This document shows, piece after piece, positions 32,362-44,665 of a stretch of DNA of 64,000 nt; the stretch's first letter is position 1, and each line of letters begins with the position of its first letter. Location of the stretch: the NCBI GenBank assembly GCA_963803435.1, contig CAWDML010000003.1:544001-608000 (forward strand). The letters are read 5' to 3'. The position numbers were made by a program, and so were the translations under genes. The stretch comes from an uncultured delta proteobacterium (lineage in GTDB: Bacteria > Myxococcota > Kuafuiibacteriia > Kuafuiibacteriales > Kuafuiibacteriaceae). The notes below the pieces were generated by a model that was not told where the DNA came from, did no database searches, and worked only from the letters and a program-made list of their open reading frames with translations.

Positions 32362-33767
32362 TGGTCGAAGACGCCAACATCGGGATGAAGAAGCGGACCC
32401 GTCTGATCCACTTCGTCGGGATCGGCGGGATCGGGATGAGCGGCATCGCCGAGGTGCTGCTGACGCTCGGCTACCAGGTCCGAGGCTCTGATCTCAAGCA
32501 CTCGGACACCACGAAGCACCTCCAGGATCTGGGCGGCGACATCCGGATCGGTCACGTGGCGACGCATGTCGATGGCGCGGACGTGGTGGTCGTCTCCTCC
32601 GCGGTCGGCGCTGCCAACCCGGAGGTGGTCGAGGCCCGCCGCCAGAAGATCCCGGTGATCCGCCGCGCCGAGATGCTGGCCGAGCTGATGAGGTTGAAGT
32701 TCGGGATCGCGATCGCCGGCACGCACGGGAAGACCACCACCACCTCGCTGATCGCGGCGGTGTTGTCTCAGGCCGGGCTCGATCCGACGATCGTCGTGGG
32801 CGGCCGGGTCAACAAGCTCGGCACCACCGCGAAGCTGGGACAGGGCCCGTACCTGGTGGCGGAGGCCGACGAGTCCGACGGCAGCTTCCTGCACCTCTCG
32901 CCGACGATCGCGGTGATCACCAACATCGATCCCGAGCACCTCGATCACTATCGGGGCGGCATCGACGAGATCCACGACGCCTTCGTCCACTTCGTGAACC
33001 GGATCCCGTTCTACGGCCTCCAAGTGCTCTGCCTCGATCACCCGGGCGTGCAGTCGATCCTCCCGCGCGTCGAGCGTCGCTTCACCACCTACGGAATGGG
33101 CGCGCAGGCCGACTTCGTGGCGCGCAACCTGAGCTTCGAAGGCACCAGGACCTCGTTCGAGGTGGTGCGCCGGGGCACCTCGATCGGGCGCTTCGAGCTC
33201 AACATGCTCGGCGAGCACAACGTGCAGAACGCGCTGGCCGCGCTCGCGACCGCCGAGGAGCTCGGCATCCCGGATCAGGTCGTGCGTGAGGCGCTCGCCG
33301 AGTTCGACGGCGTGGAGCGGCGGTTCTCGATCCGCGGCACCGTCGACGACGTGGTGGTGGTCGACGACTACGGGCACCACCCGGCGGAGATCCGCGCCAC
33401 GCTGGCGGGCGCGCGGCGCGCCTATCCGGAGCGCAGGTTCGTGGTGGCGTTCCAGCCGCATCGCCACACCCGCACGCGCGATCTGATGGATGAGTTCGCC
33501 ACGGCGTTCAACGAGGCCGAGGTCCTCTACCTCACGCCGATCTATGCCGCCGGCGAGGCGGAGATCGAGGGGGTCACCGTCGAGCGGCTGATCGAGAAGA
33601 TCCGCGGCTTCGGTCACCGCGACGTCCGAGCCGCGGCCAGCGTCGACGAGGTGATCGGAGCGCTCGCCCTGGAGGCGCGGCCGAACGATCTGATCCTGGC
33701 GTTCGGCGCCGGCGACATCGGCAAGACGGGCAAGGCGTTGGTCCAGGCGCTGGAAGGCAGAAAGTGA
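32361..33767 (+). CDS. murC: UDP-MurNAc:L-Ala ligase
   Basis: [43 protein letters not shown]. Confidence 0.96.
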
Positions 33768-34154
33768 TCGAGCGGGGCGAGATGGTCATGGGATCGAAGA
33801 ACGGGATCGATCGTTTTCGGGATCTAGAAATCGCCTACAACGGATCTGATGTGGTCGCAGATGCGATCGCGACCAGCACAATTTTTTTGATCCTGGCAAG
33901 CGCACCCCTTTCATCGCGGTCGAAAAAGGTTTACCCTCCGCATGGGTCGGGGTGTGAAAGGCTTCATCTTCGATGCCTATCTCAGCGGGATCAGCGGTGG
34001 TCATGAGCGGCAAGTGCGGTTGATGGGGCAGGGCGATCGATCGGCGACGGCGCGCGACGATCTCCGACAGTTGGGATCCGGCGATCTCGGCAAACGATCA
34101 GGGATCGATCGGCTGCAGTTTCGGATCGAAATTCGCGGAGGGCAGGGACTGTGA
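33764..34154 (+). pseudogene. Degenerate, GATC-dense relic at the murB/ddl position (possible ddl remnant)
   Basis: Lower GC and no clean codon bias. It begins with a GTG overlapping the murC stop and ends with a TGA overlapping the ftsQ GTG. Fragments only faintly recall Ddl (GSDVVA, VYPPHGSGCE). Confidence 0.35.
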
Positions 34155-35038
34155 CGAGCTCGATCATCAGCCACCACTCGCTCATGGATCGCGCGAAGGT
34201 GCGCGGCGTCCGCGAAGGACGAAGAAATCGAAAGCGTCAAGAGCGAACTCGCGCGCCGAGGAGAGTACTGTCCGGCGCGAGCAAGTTGGCTTGCGGGATC
34301 GGTCTTCTCGGCGCGGCGGTTTACGGTTGCCATGCGCTCCATCGGTTCGCGACCACCAGCGCGCGGTTCGCGATCCAGAGCGTGGTGGTGACGGGCCACG
34401 TGCGCGCGACGGCCGACTCGATCGCGAAGCTCTCCGGCGCCGAGCCCGGGACGAACATCTTCGCGCTCGACCTCGACCGGATGAAGCGCGCGGTCGAGGC
34501 GCACCCCTGGGTGAGGTCGGCGATCGTCACGCGGAGCTTTCCGCGCACGGTCGAGATCAAGGTGATCGAGCACGAGCCCAAGGTCCTGGTGGCGCTCGGC
34601 CACCTCTACTACGCGGACTCGGACGGCGACGTGGTCAAGCGGTTCACGCCGGGCGAGCGCGAGGAGCTCCCGGTGGTGACCGGGCTGACGCGGGATCAGA
34701 TCGAGACCGACGACGGCGAGGCGAGGAAGCAGCTGCGGTCGGCGATCGACTTCCTCGCGCAGATGGCGGACCGCTTCGGGACGCGCGCGCCGCGGGTCGC
34801 CGAGGTGCACCTCGATCCGGCGCTCGGCCTCTCCTTCGTGGAGGCGAACGACAATCTGATGGTCGTCGTCGGCCACCCGCCGTTCGACGATGCGCTGGAT
34901 CGCCTGAGCCGGGTGAAGGCGCACCTCCAGGAGAAGCACGTGAAGGCGACGCGCATCATGCTGGGAGGACCACGCCGGAAGGATCGGGCGGTGGCGCGCC
35001 TGGTCAGCGGGCTGGCCCTGGCGGGCGGGGGAGAGTGA
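34151..35038 (+). CDS. ftsQ: Cell division protein FtsQ (POTRA domain)
   Basis: Basic N-terminus, TM, HPWVRSA...RSFPRTVEIKVIE POTRA; upstream of ftsA; alternative start ATG 34184. Confidence 0.88.
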   Translation: MTSSIISHHSLMDRAKVRGVREGRRNRKRQERTRAPRRVLSGASKLACGIGLLGAAVYGCHALHRFATTSARFAIQSVVVTGHVRATADSIAKLSGAEPGTNIFALDLDRMKRAVEAHPWVRSAIVTRSFPRTVEIKVIEHEPKVLVALGHLYYADSDGDVVKRFTPGEREELPVVTGLTRDQIETDDGEARKQLRSAIDFLAQMADRFGTRAPRVAEVHLDPALGLSFVEANDNLMVVVGHPPFDDALDRLSRVKAHLQEKHVKATRIMLGGPRRKDRAVARLVSGLALAGGGE

Positions 35039-35039
35039 G

Positions 35040-36266
35040 ATGGCGAGAAGAGAAAACATCGTCGTAGGGCTGGATATCGGGACGACGAAGATCTGCGCGA
35101 TCGTCGGAGAGGTCTCCGAGGACGGGATCGACATCATCGGGATCGGTCAGGCGCCGTCGACCGGCATCCGGAAGGGCGTGGTCATCAACATCGCCACCAC
35201 GGTCGAGGCCATCGGGAAGGCGGTCGAGGAGGCCGAGCTGATGGCCGGGTGCGAGATCTCGAGCGTCTACACCGGCATCTCCGGCGGGCACATCCGCGGC
35301 TTCAACAGCCACGGGATCGTCGCCGTGAAGGACTCCGAGATCACCGAGCCCGACGTGACCCGCGTGATCGACGCGGCCAAGGCAGTCGCGATCCCGATGG
35401 ATCGGGAGGTGATCCACATCCTGCCCCAGGAGTACATCATCGACGATCAGGACGGCATCAAGGAGCCGCTCGGTATGCACGGCGTCCGGCTCGAGGCCAA
35501 GGTCCACATCGTCACGGCCGCCTCCACCTCGGCGGCCAACATCATCAAGTGCGCGAACCGGACCGGCCTCAGCGTGGAGGCGATCGTGCTCCAGCAGCTG
35601 GCCAGCGCCGAGGCGGTGCTGACCGAGGACGAGAAGGATCTCGGCGTCTGCCTGGTCGACATCGGCGGCGGCACCACCGACATCGCCATCTTCGCCGACG
35701 GCGCGATCGTCCACACCTCGGTGCTCCCGCTCGGCGGCAATCATCTGACCACGGACATTGCGCTCGGGATCAGAACACCGCAGAATGAGGCCGAGCAGAT
35801 CAAGCAGACCTTCGGCTGCGCGATGGTCGAGCAGGCCGAGCCGAACGAGATGATCGAGGTTCCGTCGGTGGGCGGGCGGAAGCCGCGCGCGCTGTCGCGC
35901 CAGATCCTGTGCGAAATCATCGAGGCCCGGGTGGAGGAAATCTTCCAGCTGGTGCGCGAGGAGATTCGAAATACCGCCTACGAGGACCTGCTGGCGAGCG
36001 GGGTGGTTTTGACCGGCGGGACCTCACGGCTTTCGGGAATTCAGGACATCGCCGAGGACGTGCTCGGGGTCCCGATTCGCCTCGGAAAACCGTACGGTGT
36101 GGGTGGTCTGGTCGACGTGGTTCGGAGCCCGGCGTTCTCGACGGGCGTGGGGTTGGTGCAGTACGGGGCGAAAAATCACGTCCGGACCAACGTCCGGACG
36201 CCCGACGCCACCCTGTACGGTCGAACAAAAAAGAAAATTGGGGATTGGCTGGGAGAGATCTTCTAG
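35040..36266 (+). CDS. ftsA: Cell division protein FtsA
   Basis: GLDIGTTKI, GIRKGVV, DIGGGTTD, VLTGG, C-terminal amphipathic helix WLGEIF. Confidence 0.97.
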   Translation: MARRENIVVGLDIGTTKICAIVGEVSEDGIDIIGIGQAPSTGIRKGVVINIATTVEAIGKAVEEAELMAGCEISSVYTGISGGHIRGFNSHGIVAVKDSEITEPDVTRVIDAAKAVAIPMDREVIHILPQEYIIDDQDGIKEPLGMHGVRLEAKVHIVTAASTSAANIIKCANRTGLSVEAIVLQQLASAEAVLTEDEKDLGVCLVDIGGGTTDIAIFADGAIVHTSVLPLGGNHLTTDIALGIRTPQNEAEQIKQTFGCAMVEQAEPNEMIEVPSVGGRKPRALSRQILCEIIEARVEEIFQLVREEIRNTAYEDLLASGVVLTGGTSRLSGIQDIAEDVLGVPIRLGKPYGVGGLVDVVRSPAFSTGVGLVQYGAKNHVRTNVRTPDATLYGRTKKKIGDWLGEIF

Positions 36267-36294
36267 CCGGGAGCACTGAGGAGGCCTGAGTTTC

Positions 36295-37476
36295 ATGTTC
36301 GAATTCGAAGAAGTTATCAAGAACGAGGCCGACATCAAGGTGATCGGAGTCGGGGGCGGCGGTGGAAATGCGCTCCGCACGATGATCAGCTCCGGCTTGC
36401 GGGGTGTCGATTTCGTCGCAGCCAACACGGATCTCCAGGCGCTTCGCGGCAGCCCGGCGTCGGCGAAGATCCAGCTCGGCCAGAACCTGACCAAGGGGTT
36501 GGGCGCCGGCGCGAACCCGGAGGTCGGCAAGAACGCGGCCCTCGAGGATCGGGAGCGGATCGCGGAGGCGATCGGGAACGCCGACATGGTGTTCATCACC
36601 GCCGGCATGGGCGGCGGCACGGGCACCGGAGCCGCGCCGGTGATCGCGGAGGTCGCCCGCGAGGTCGGTGCGCTCACCGTCGGCGTGGTGACGAAGCCGT
36701 TCGCGTTCGAGGGCCGGCGCCGCCAGCGTCAGGCGGAGGAGGGCATCCACGAGCTGCACCAGTTCGTCGACACCCTGATCACGATCCCGAACAACAAGCT
36801 CCTTCAGATCGCCGGCGAGACCACGTCGATGGTCGACGCCTTCCGCCGCGTGGACGACGTGCTGCTCAACGCGGTCAAGGGGATCTCGGATCTGATCAAC
36901 GTGGCAGGCCTGATCAACGTCGACTTCGCCGACGTCCGCACGATCATGTCGAATCAGGGCCTGGCGCTGATGGGCACCGGCTGCGGGAGCGGGGCCAAGC
37001 GGGCGCTCGAGGCCGCGCACGCCGCGATCCACAGCCCGCTCCTCGACGACATCGACATCCGCGGCGCGATGGGGATCCTCATCAACATCACGGGCGGCAC
37101 GGACCTCACGCTCCACGAGGTGAACGCGGCCTCCACCGCGATCGCGGAGGAGGCGCACGAGGACGCGAACATCATCTTCGGATCGGTGGTCGACGAGAAC
37201 TCCAACGACGAGGTTCGCATCACGGTGATCGCCACCGGCTTCGATCCGCCCAGCAAGCAGCGCGTGCTCGGCCGCGGTGTTGGGGTCCAGGCGCAGGTCC
37301 GGGCGAAGCCGGCCTCCCACCGCGTCGAGGATCGGGACATCCCGACCCACATCCGGCAGCGGTGGGAGTCGCAGCCCCGGGAGCGGGCGGTCTCCCGGAC
37401 GGATGTCCCGGTGATCGAGCCCGACGGCAACGCCCACCTCGACATCCCGACCTTCCTGCGGCGGCAGGCCGACTAG
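36295..37476 (+). CDS. ftsZ: Cell division protein FtsZ
   Basis: [18 protein letters not shown] tubulin signature, NVDFAD, C-terminal [12 protein letters not shown]. Confidence 0.98.
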   Translation: MFEFEEVIKNEADIKVIGVGGGGGNALRTMISSGLRGVDFVAANTDLQALRGSPASAKIQLGQNLTKGLGAGANPEVGKNAALEDRERIAEAIGNADMVFITAGMGGGTGTGAAPVIAEVAREVGALTVGVVTKPFAFEGRRRQRQAEEGIHELHQFVDTLITIPNNKLLQIAGETTSMVDAFRRVDDVLLNAVKGISDLINVAGLINVDFADVRTIMSNQGLALMGTGCGSGAKRALEAAHAAIHSPLLDDIDIRGAMGILINITGGTDLTLHEVNAASTAIAEEAHEDANIIFGSVVDENSNDEVRITVIATGFDPPSKQRVLGRGVGVQAQVRAKPASHRVEDRDIPTHIRQRWESQPRERAVSRTDVPVIEPDGNAHLDIPTFLRRQAD

Positions 37477-37528
37477 GCCGGCTTGCTCCGCTGGGGGTTG
37501 AGGTTTAAGGGGTGAGTCGGGTCTCGAG

Positions 37529-38887
37529 GTGCTGAAAGTCGACACCAGCCTGAACCACATCCCTGCCGGCCGCGAGCACGTCGTCTCGCTGTTCGAGTCG
37601 ATCAACCAGCCGCTGGTGAACATCCCCACCTACGGGACGGCCCCGACGGGGGCCTTCATCCTGGGGACCCGGAACGAATACGGCTACTACACGGTCTTCG
37701 TTTATCTGCATCAATCCGACACACGGGCGGTGGTCGTCTACGTGTCTGAGCCGCGAAGCCTCACGCCCGAGCTCTATCGAACCGAAGAGCAGGAGGCGAT
37801 CCGGTTCGTCGAGTCGATGGGGTTCATGGTCGACAACATCCATTTCCCGACGCTCGCCGCGTCGGAGCAGGAGGCGGTGATGGCCCGGATCCCGATGTTC
37901 CGGCCGCCGGATCCCACGATGAACCTCTACGAGATGGTGGACGAACAGAGTACGGGGATGCCCGAATCGATGTTCGGAGGGATGAGCCGGGCCGACAGCG
38001 ACGTGTTTCGTCGCGCCGGGCTCGATCCGCAGGCCGGCCGCCCGGTCTCCCGGCCGAACGTCGCGCTGTCCCCGGATGCGCTGGCGCGCCTGGGCAAGCT
38101 TCTCGGCACCTTCGCGCTCCTCGGCTGCCTCGCGTCGGCGGCGGCGGGCTGCCGTTCGGGCGGGGCCTCGGTGTCCATCGAGGATCGCAAGAAGATCGAG
38201 AGTTACATCGATCTCGGGAACCAATGTCTCATCCGCGGGGAGCTCGCCGACGCCATCCAGAACTTCGATCTGGTGCTGGAGGTGGAGCGCGAGAACCGCG
38301 ACGCGCTCCGGGGGAAGGGCATGGCGTACCTTCGGCTCGGCCGGCTCGAGGAGTCGGAGGGCTTCTATCGCCAGGCGATCGCTTCGGATCCGACGTGGTC
38401 GGAGCCGAAGAACGAGCTGGCGGTCCTGCTGATGGAGACCAAGCGTTGCGGTGAGGCGGAGCCGCTGCTGCTCGAGGTCAAGAAGGACATCTTCTACCGG
38501 ACGCCCGAATTTGCGGAGCACAACCTGGCCAAGGCCCTCGAGTGCCAGGGTCGCGACCAGGAGGCGATGTCGATCCTGGAAGAGCTGGTGCTGAAGCGAC
38601 CGCTCTTCTGCCTCGGATATCTCACGTTGGCGCAGCTCGCCGCACGCACGAAGCATCCCGAGACCACCATCGAGGCGTGCGACGGTTTCTTCACGAACTG
38701 CGAACAAAACGAGGAGATCAAAGAACAAATCTCTCCTGAACACATTGCGATGTGTTACCTTAAGAAAGGTATGGCACACGCGGCGATGGGAGATGTGGAG
38801 TCCGCCCGCGCATCGTTCAAGCGATGTCAGTCGAGCGGCACCTACGGATCCGAGTGTCGCCGATCGTTGAACTTGTTGCCCCCCTAG
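37529..38887 (+). CDS. Tgl/PilF-like TPR lipoprotein fused to an N-terminal soluble domain
   Basis: N-terminal ~130 aa domain (SINQP...FVESMGFMVD), then hydrophobic stretch with lipobox LASAAAGC, then Cys-rich TPRs with DIFYRTPE; upstream of HTH-recO, as in the myxobacterial tgl locus. Confidence 0.7.
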   Translation: MLKVDTSLNHIPAGREHVVSLFESINQPLVNIPTYGTAPTGAFILGTRNEYGYYTVFVYLHQSDTRAVVVYVSEPRSLTPELYRTEEQEAIRFVESMGFMVDNIHFPTLAASEQEAVMARIPMFRPPDPTMNLYEMVDEQSTGMPESMFGGMSRADSDVFRRAGLDPQAGRPVSRPNVALSPDALARLGKLLGTFALLGCLASAAAGCRSGGASVSIEDRKKIESYIDLGNQCLIRGELADAIQNFDLVLEVERENRDALRGKGMAYLRLGRLEESEGFYRQAIASDPTWSEPKNELAVLLMETKRCGEAEPLLLEVKKDIFYRTPEFAEHNLAKALECQGRDQEAMSILEELVLKRPLFCLGYLTLAQLAARTKHPETTIEACDGFFTNCEQNEEIKEQISPEHIAMCYLKKGMAHAAMGDVESARASFKRCQSSGTYGSECRRSLNLLPP

Positions 38888-38903
38888 GCGCCGGAGAAGA
38901 CGG

Positions 38904-39263
38904 ATGACACAAGGCAGATTGAGTCAGCGCCTCAAGGAAGCTCTCGACCGCTCGAAGGTCGACGTCGACACCATCGCCGAGCGCACCAAGGTGCCGCGCG
39001 GCACGATCCGCAAGTTGTTGGGTGAAAACGTCTCGGCTGTTCTTCCCGAGCGCGTGTACCTCCGCGGCCAGGTCGGACTGGTGGCCCGCGAGATCGGTCT
39101 CGATCCCCAGGAGGCGCGCGCGCTCTTCGACGAAGAGAACCCCGTCGTCCGGATCCACACCGGCGATCTCGAGAATCCCCGCTTCGGTCCGGGCACCACG
39201 GTGCTCGCCGCCAGCCTCGGATGCATCGCGCTCCTCGCGATCGTCCTCGCATTTGTCAACTGA
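38904..39263 (+). CDS. Short RodZ-like XRE HTH membrane protein
   Basis: IAERTKVP...LPERVYLRG HTH signature plus C-terminal TM; no periplasmic domain. Confidence 0.75.
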   Translation: MTQGRLSQRLKEALDRSKVDVDTIAERTKVPRGTIRKLLGENVSAVLPERVYLRGQVGLVAREIGLDPQEARALFDEENPVVRIHTGDLENPRFGPGTTVLAASLGCIALLAIVLAFVN

Positions 39264-40005
39264 AGACGTCGAATCGATCGTGGTCGGCGGCGTCGACTAC
39301 GGCGAGGCCGACCGCGTCGTCTATCTCCTGACGGCGCGCGGTCGCATTGCGGTCTTCGCTCACGGCGCGAAGACCAGCAAGCGGCGTTTTCAGGGCGCGC
39401 TCGAGGCATTCACCACCATCATCGCGACGCTGTCGGAGTCGAAGAAGCGCCGCACCGGCATGCCCACCCTCGCGAACGCGATCGTCGAGCGCGCGCGGCT
39501 CCCGATCCGTCGCGATCTCAAGTCGATCGCGCTGGCGTCGTACGTGGCCGAGCTCTCGAGCAAGGTGGCGCCGGAAGGCGAGCCGTCCGAAGGAACGTTC
39601 GTGCTCGCCCGCGACCTGCTCGATCGCCTCTGCGACGATCCCGCGACGATGGCGCTCCGCCGAGCCTTCGAGCTGCGGCTGATCGCGGAGATCGGCTACC
39701 AGCCCGAGCTCACCCGTTGTGTCGTCTGCGGGGAGCCGGCCGCGCGCACGTTCCTCGACCTCAATCGGGGCGGCGTCCTGTGCGCGGAGCACCGGCAGAA
39801 CGCCCGCGAGGTGGGCCCGCACACGCTGAGCTGGACGCGCGCGGTCCTCGAGGCCCCCGCCCTGACCGTCGAGGGCGGCGACTTGGACGCCGACGGCCGG
39901 GACCTGGCCGCCCGGAAGCTGACGGGCCCGGTCACCGAGTTCTTCGCCCAGCTGCTGGATCGTCCGCTCGCGTCGCTCGCCTTGCTGGAGGCGGAGCGTC
40001 TGTAG
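39253..40005 (+). CDS. recO: DNA repair protein RecO
   Basis: DYGEADRVV, GAKTSKRRF, FELRL, GYQPEL, CVVC Zn motif; TTG 39253 overlaps the upstream gene. Confidence 0.93.
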   Translation: MSTEDVESIVVGGVDYGEADRVVYLLTARGRIAVFAHGAKTSKRRFQGALEAFTTIIATLSESKKRRTGMPTLANAIVERARLPIRRDLKSIALASYVAELSSKVAPEGEPSEGTFVLARDLLDRLCDDPATMALRRAFELRLIAEIGYQPELTRCVVCGEPAARTFLDLNRGGVLCAEHRQNAREVGPHTLSWTRAVLEAPALTVEGGDLDADGRDLAARKLTGPVTEFFAQLLDRPLASLALLEAERL

Positions 40006-40017
40006 TAACCCGCCTCC

Positions 40018-43035
<3,018 letters not shown>

Positions 43036-43132
43036 TCCGACGCTGGCGCGCCCTGCGCGATCCGTCGCGTCATGCCCTCGGATCATGACTTGATTGTTGG
43101 ATATCCCGCGGTCGGGCCTCCTGGAGGGGTCG

Positions 43133-44170
43133 ATGAGCGCGATCCGGACGAAGCTGCAGGTCCTCCCTGGCCGTGACGCGTCCGCCACCGACGTCCGCGG
43201 CGCGGCCGCCTGCGGACTGGTGGGGCGCTCGGCCGCCATGCGCGCGCAGGCGGAGGCCATCGAGCGGGCGGCGCAGAGCGCGTGCTCCGTGCTGCTCTCG
43301 GGCGAGACGGGCACCGGCAAGGACATGTCGGCGAACGCCATTCATCAGCTGGGGCCACGGCGGGAGGGGCGGTTCGAGATCGTGGACTGCGGGGCGCTCG
43401 CGCCCGCGCTGATCGCGAGCGAGCTCTTCGGACACGAGCGGGGCGCCTTCACCGGCGCCGACCGGCAGCACATCGGCGCCTTCGAGCGCGCCGACGGCGG
43501 GACGCTGTTCCTGGACGAGATCGGTGAGCTTCCGCTCAACGTGCAGGCGACGCTGCTCGGCGCACTGGAGCGCCGCGCCTTTCACCGGGTCGGTGGGAGC
43601 AAGTCGATCTCGGTCGATGTCCGCTTGATCACCGCGACGCATCGCGACTTGGGCGCGGCCGTGGAGAAGGGCACCTTCCGCCGCGATCTGTTCTATCGAG
43701 TGGCGGTGGTCAGGCTCTCCGTGCCCCCGCTGCGCGACCGGCCCGATGACATCCCGCTCCTCGTCGAGCACTTCCTCCGGCAGGCGGGCTACCCAGGCGC
43801 GGTGGAGGCGCTGATCAGCCCGGCGATGATGCAGCGGCTGGTGGCGCACCGGTGGCCCGGAAATCTTCGCGAGCTCAGGAACGTGGCCGAGTCGATTGTC
43901 GTCACCGGCCAGGTGCCCCCGGACCTCGCCGTTTTGGAGGGACGGGCCCCGGTCCCCTGGGACGAGGAGGTGACGGCCACCTCGACGCCGCTCGAGCTGC
44001 TCGATCTTCCCTACGGCGTGGCCCGCAGCCAGGTGCTCGAGCAGTTCGAGAGCGCCTATCTGGATCGGCTGCTGAAGCAGTGCCAGGGGAACGTCTCGCT
44101 GGCGGCCCGCGAAGCGAAGATGTCGCGCTCTCACCTGGTCGAGCTGCTCAAGCGGCGACACTCGGCCTGA
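43133..44170 (+). CDS. sigma54-dependent activator (bEBP) without N-terminal sensory domain
   Basis: GETGTGKD, SELFGHERGAFTGA, LFLDEIGE, FRRDLFYR, WPGNLREL, Fis HTH; only ~27 aa precede the AAA domain; GGAGG RBS before ATG 43133. Confidence 0.92.
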   Translation: MSAIRTKLQVLPGRDASATDVRGAAACGLVGRSAAMRAQAEAIERAAQSACSVLLSGETGTGKDMSANAIHQLGPRREGRFEIVDCGALAPALIASELFGHERGAFTGADRQHIGAFERADGGTLFLDEIGELPLNVQATLLGALERRAFHRVGGSKSISVDVRLITATHRDLGAAVEKGTFRRDLFYRVAVVRLSVPPLRDRPDDIPLLVEHFLRQAGYPGAVEALISPAMMQRLVAHRWPGNLRELRNVAESIVVTGQVPPDLAVLEGRAPVPWDEEVTATSTPLELLDLPYGVARSQVLEQFESAYLDRLLKQCQGNVSLAAREAKMSRSHLVELLKRRHSA

Positions 44171-44172
44171 GC

Positions 44173-44190
44173 TGTCCGACTCTCCGGACA
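44173..44190. promoter_or_regulatory. Palindromic candidate enhancer (UAS)
   Basis: TGTCCG-actctc-CGGACA perfect inverted repeat (TGT-N12-ACA), ~65 bp upstream of the -24 element. Confidence 0.5.
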
Positions 44191-44255
44191 CCGCTCCACC
44201 GGACGATCGACCCGCGCTCTCACGAAAGCTCCCGGCGTATCGATCTGCGAGGCGG

Positions 44256-44271
44256 TGGATCGCTTGTTGCT
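44256..44271 (+). promoter_or_regulatory. sigma54 (-24/-12) promoter
   Basis: TGGATCGCTTGTTGCT = GG-N10-GC with the TTGC core; 19 nt upstream of ATG 44291. Confidence 0.7.
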
Positions 44272-44290
44272 CGACCGCTGGGTCGCGCCC

Positions 44291-44665
44291 ATGAAAACGC
44301 AGCCGCAACCCGCCGCTCTGGACTTCGACAAGTGCCTCTTGCTCGTGCGTGCGGTCCTCGGAGACCCGTCGAACGTCACCAGAGAATTCTCGATCGGGAT
44401 CACCACCACGTCGGGTCGACACCTGGTGATCGACTCCCGCGCCGATCCGATCGTCTCCCAGGACGACCGGCGGGAGACGGCGCTGGCGATCGTCACCAGC
44501 GAGGACACACTCTCCGCGCTGCTCACCGGGCGCCTGCAGACCAAGAGCGGAGGAGCGGACCCGTTGTTCGTGTGGGGCGGTGACCTCACGCAATGGACGG
44601 CGCTCGTCGACGCCGTCTCCACGTTCAGCACCGTGAGCGTCCGCCTGAAAGGAGCCGCGCGATGA
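44291..44665 (+). CDS. Small SCP2-like domain protein
   Basis: 124 aa; strand pattern plus IVTSEDTLSALLTGRL...FVWGGD resembles the SCP2 C-terminal motif; stop overlaps the next ATG. Confidence 0.5.
   Translation: MKTQPQPAALDFDKCLLLVRAVLGDPSNVTREFSIGITTTSGRHLVIDSRADPIVSQDDRRETALAIVTSEDTLSALLTGRLQTKSGGADPLFVWGGDLTQWTALVDAVSTFSTVSVRLKGAAR

Noticed and set aside
33764-34006. 80 aa ORF as a functional protein
   Set aside because: Atypical codon usage and no complete domain; treated as a relic.
33764-34154. GATC cluster as a replication origin
   Set aside because: No TTATCCACA-like DnaA box array or extended AT-rich unwinding element was seen, and it lies inside the dcw operon.
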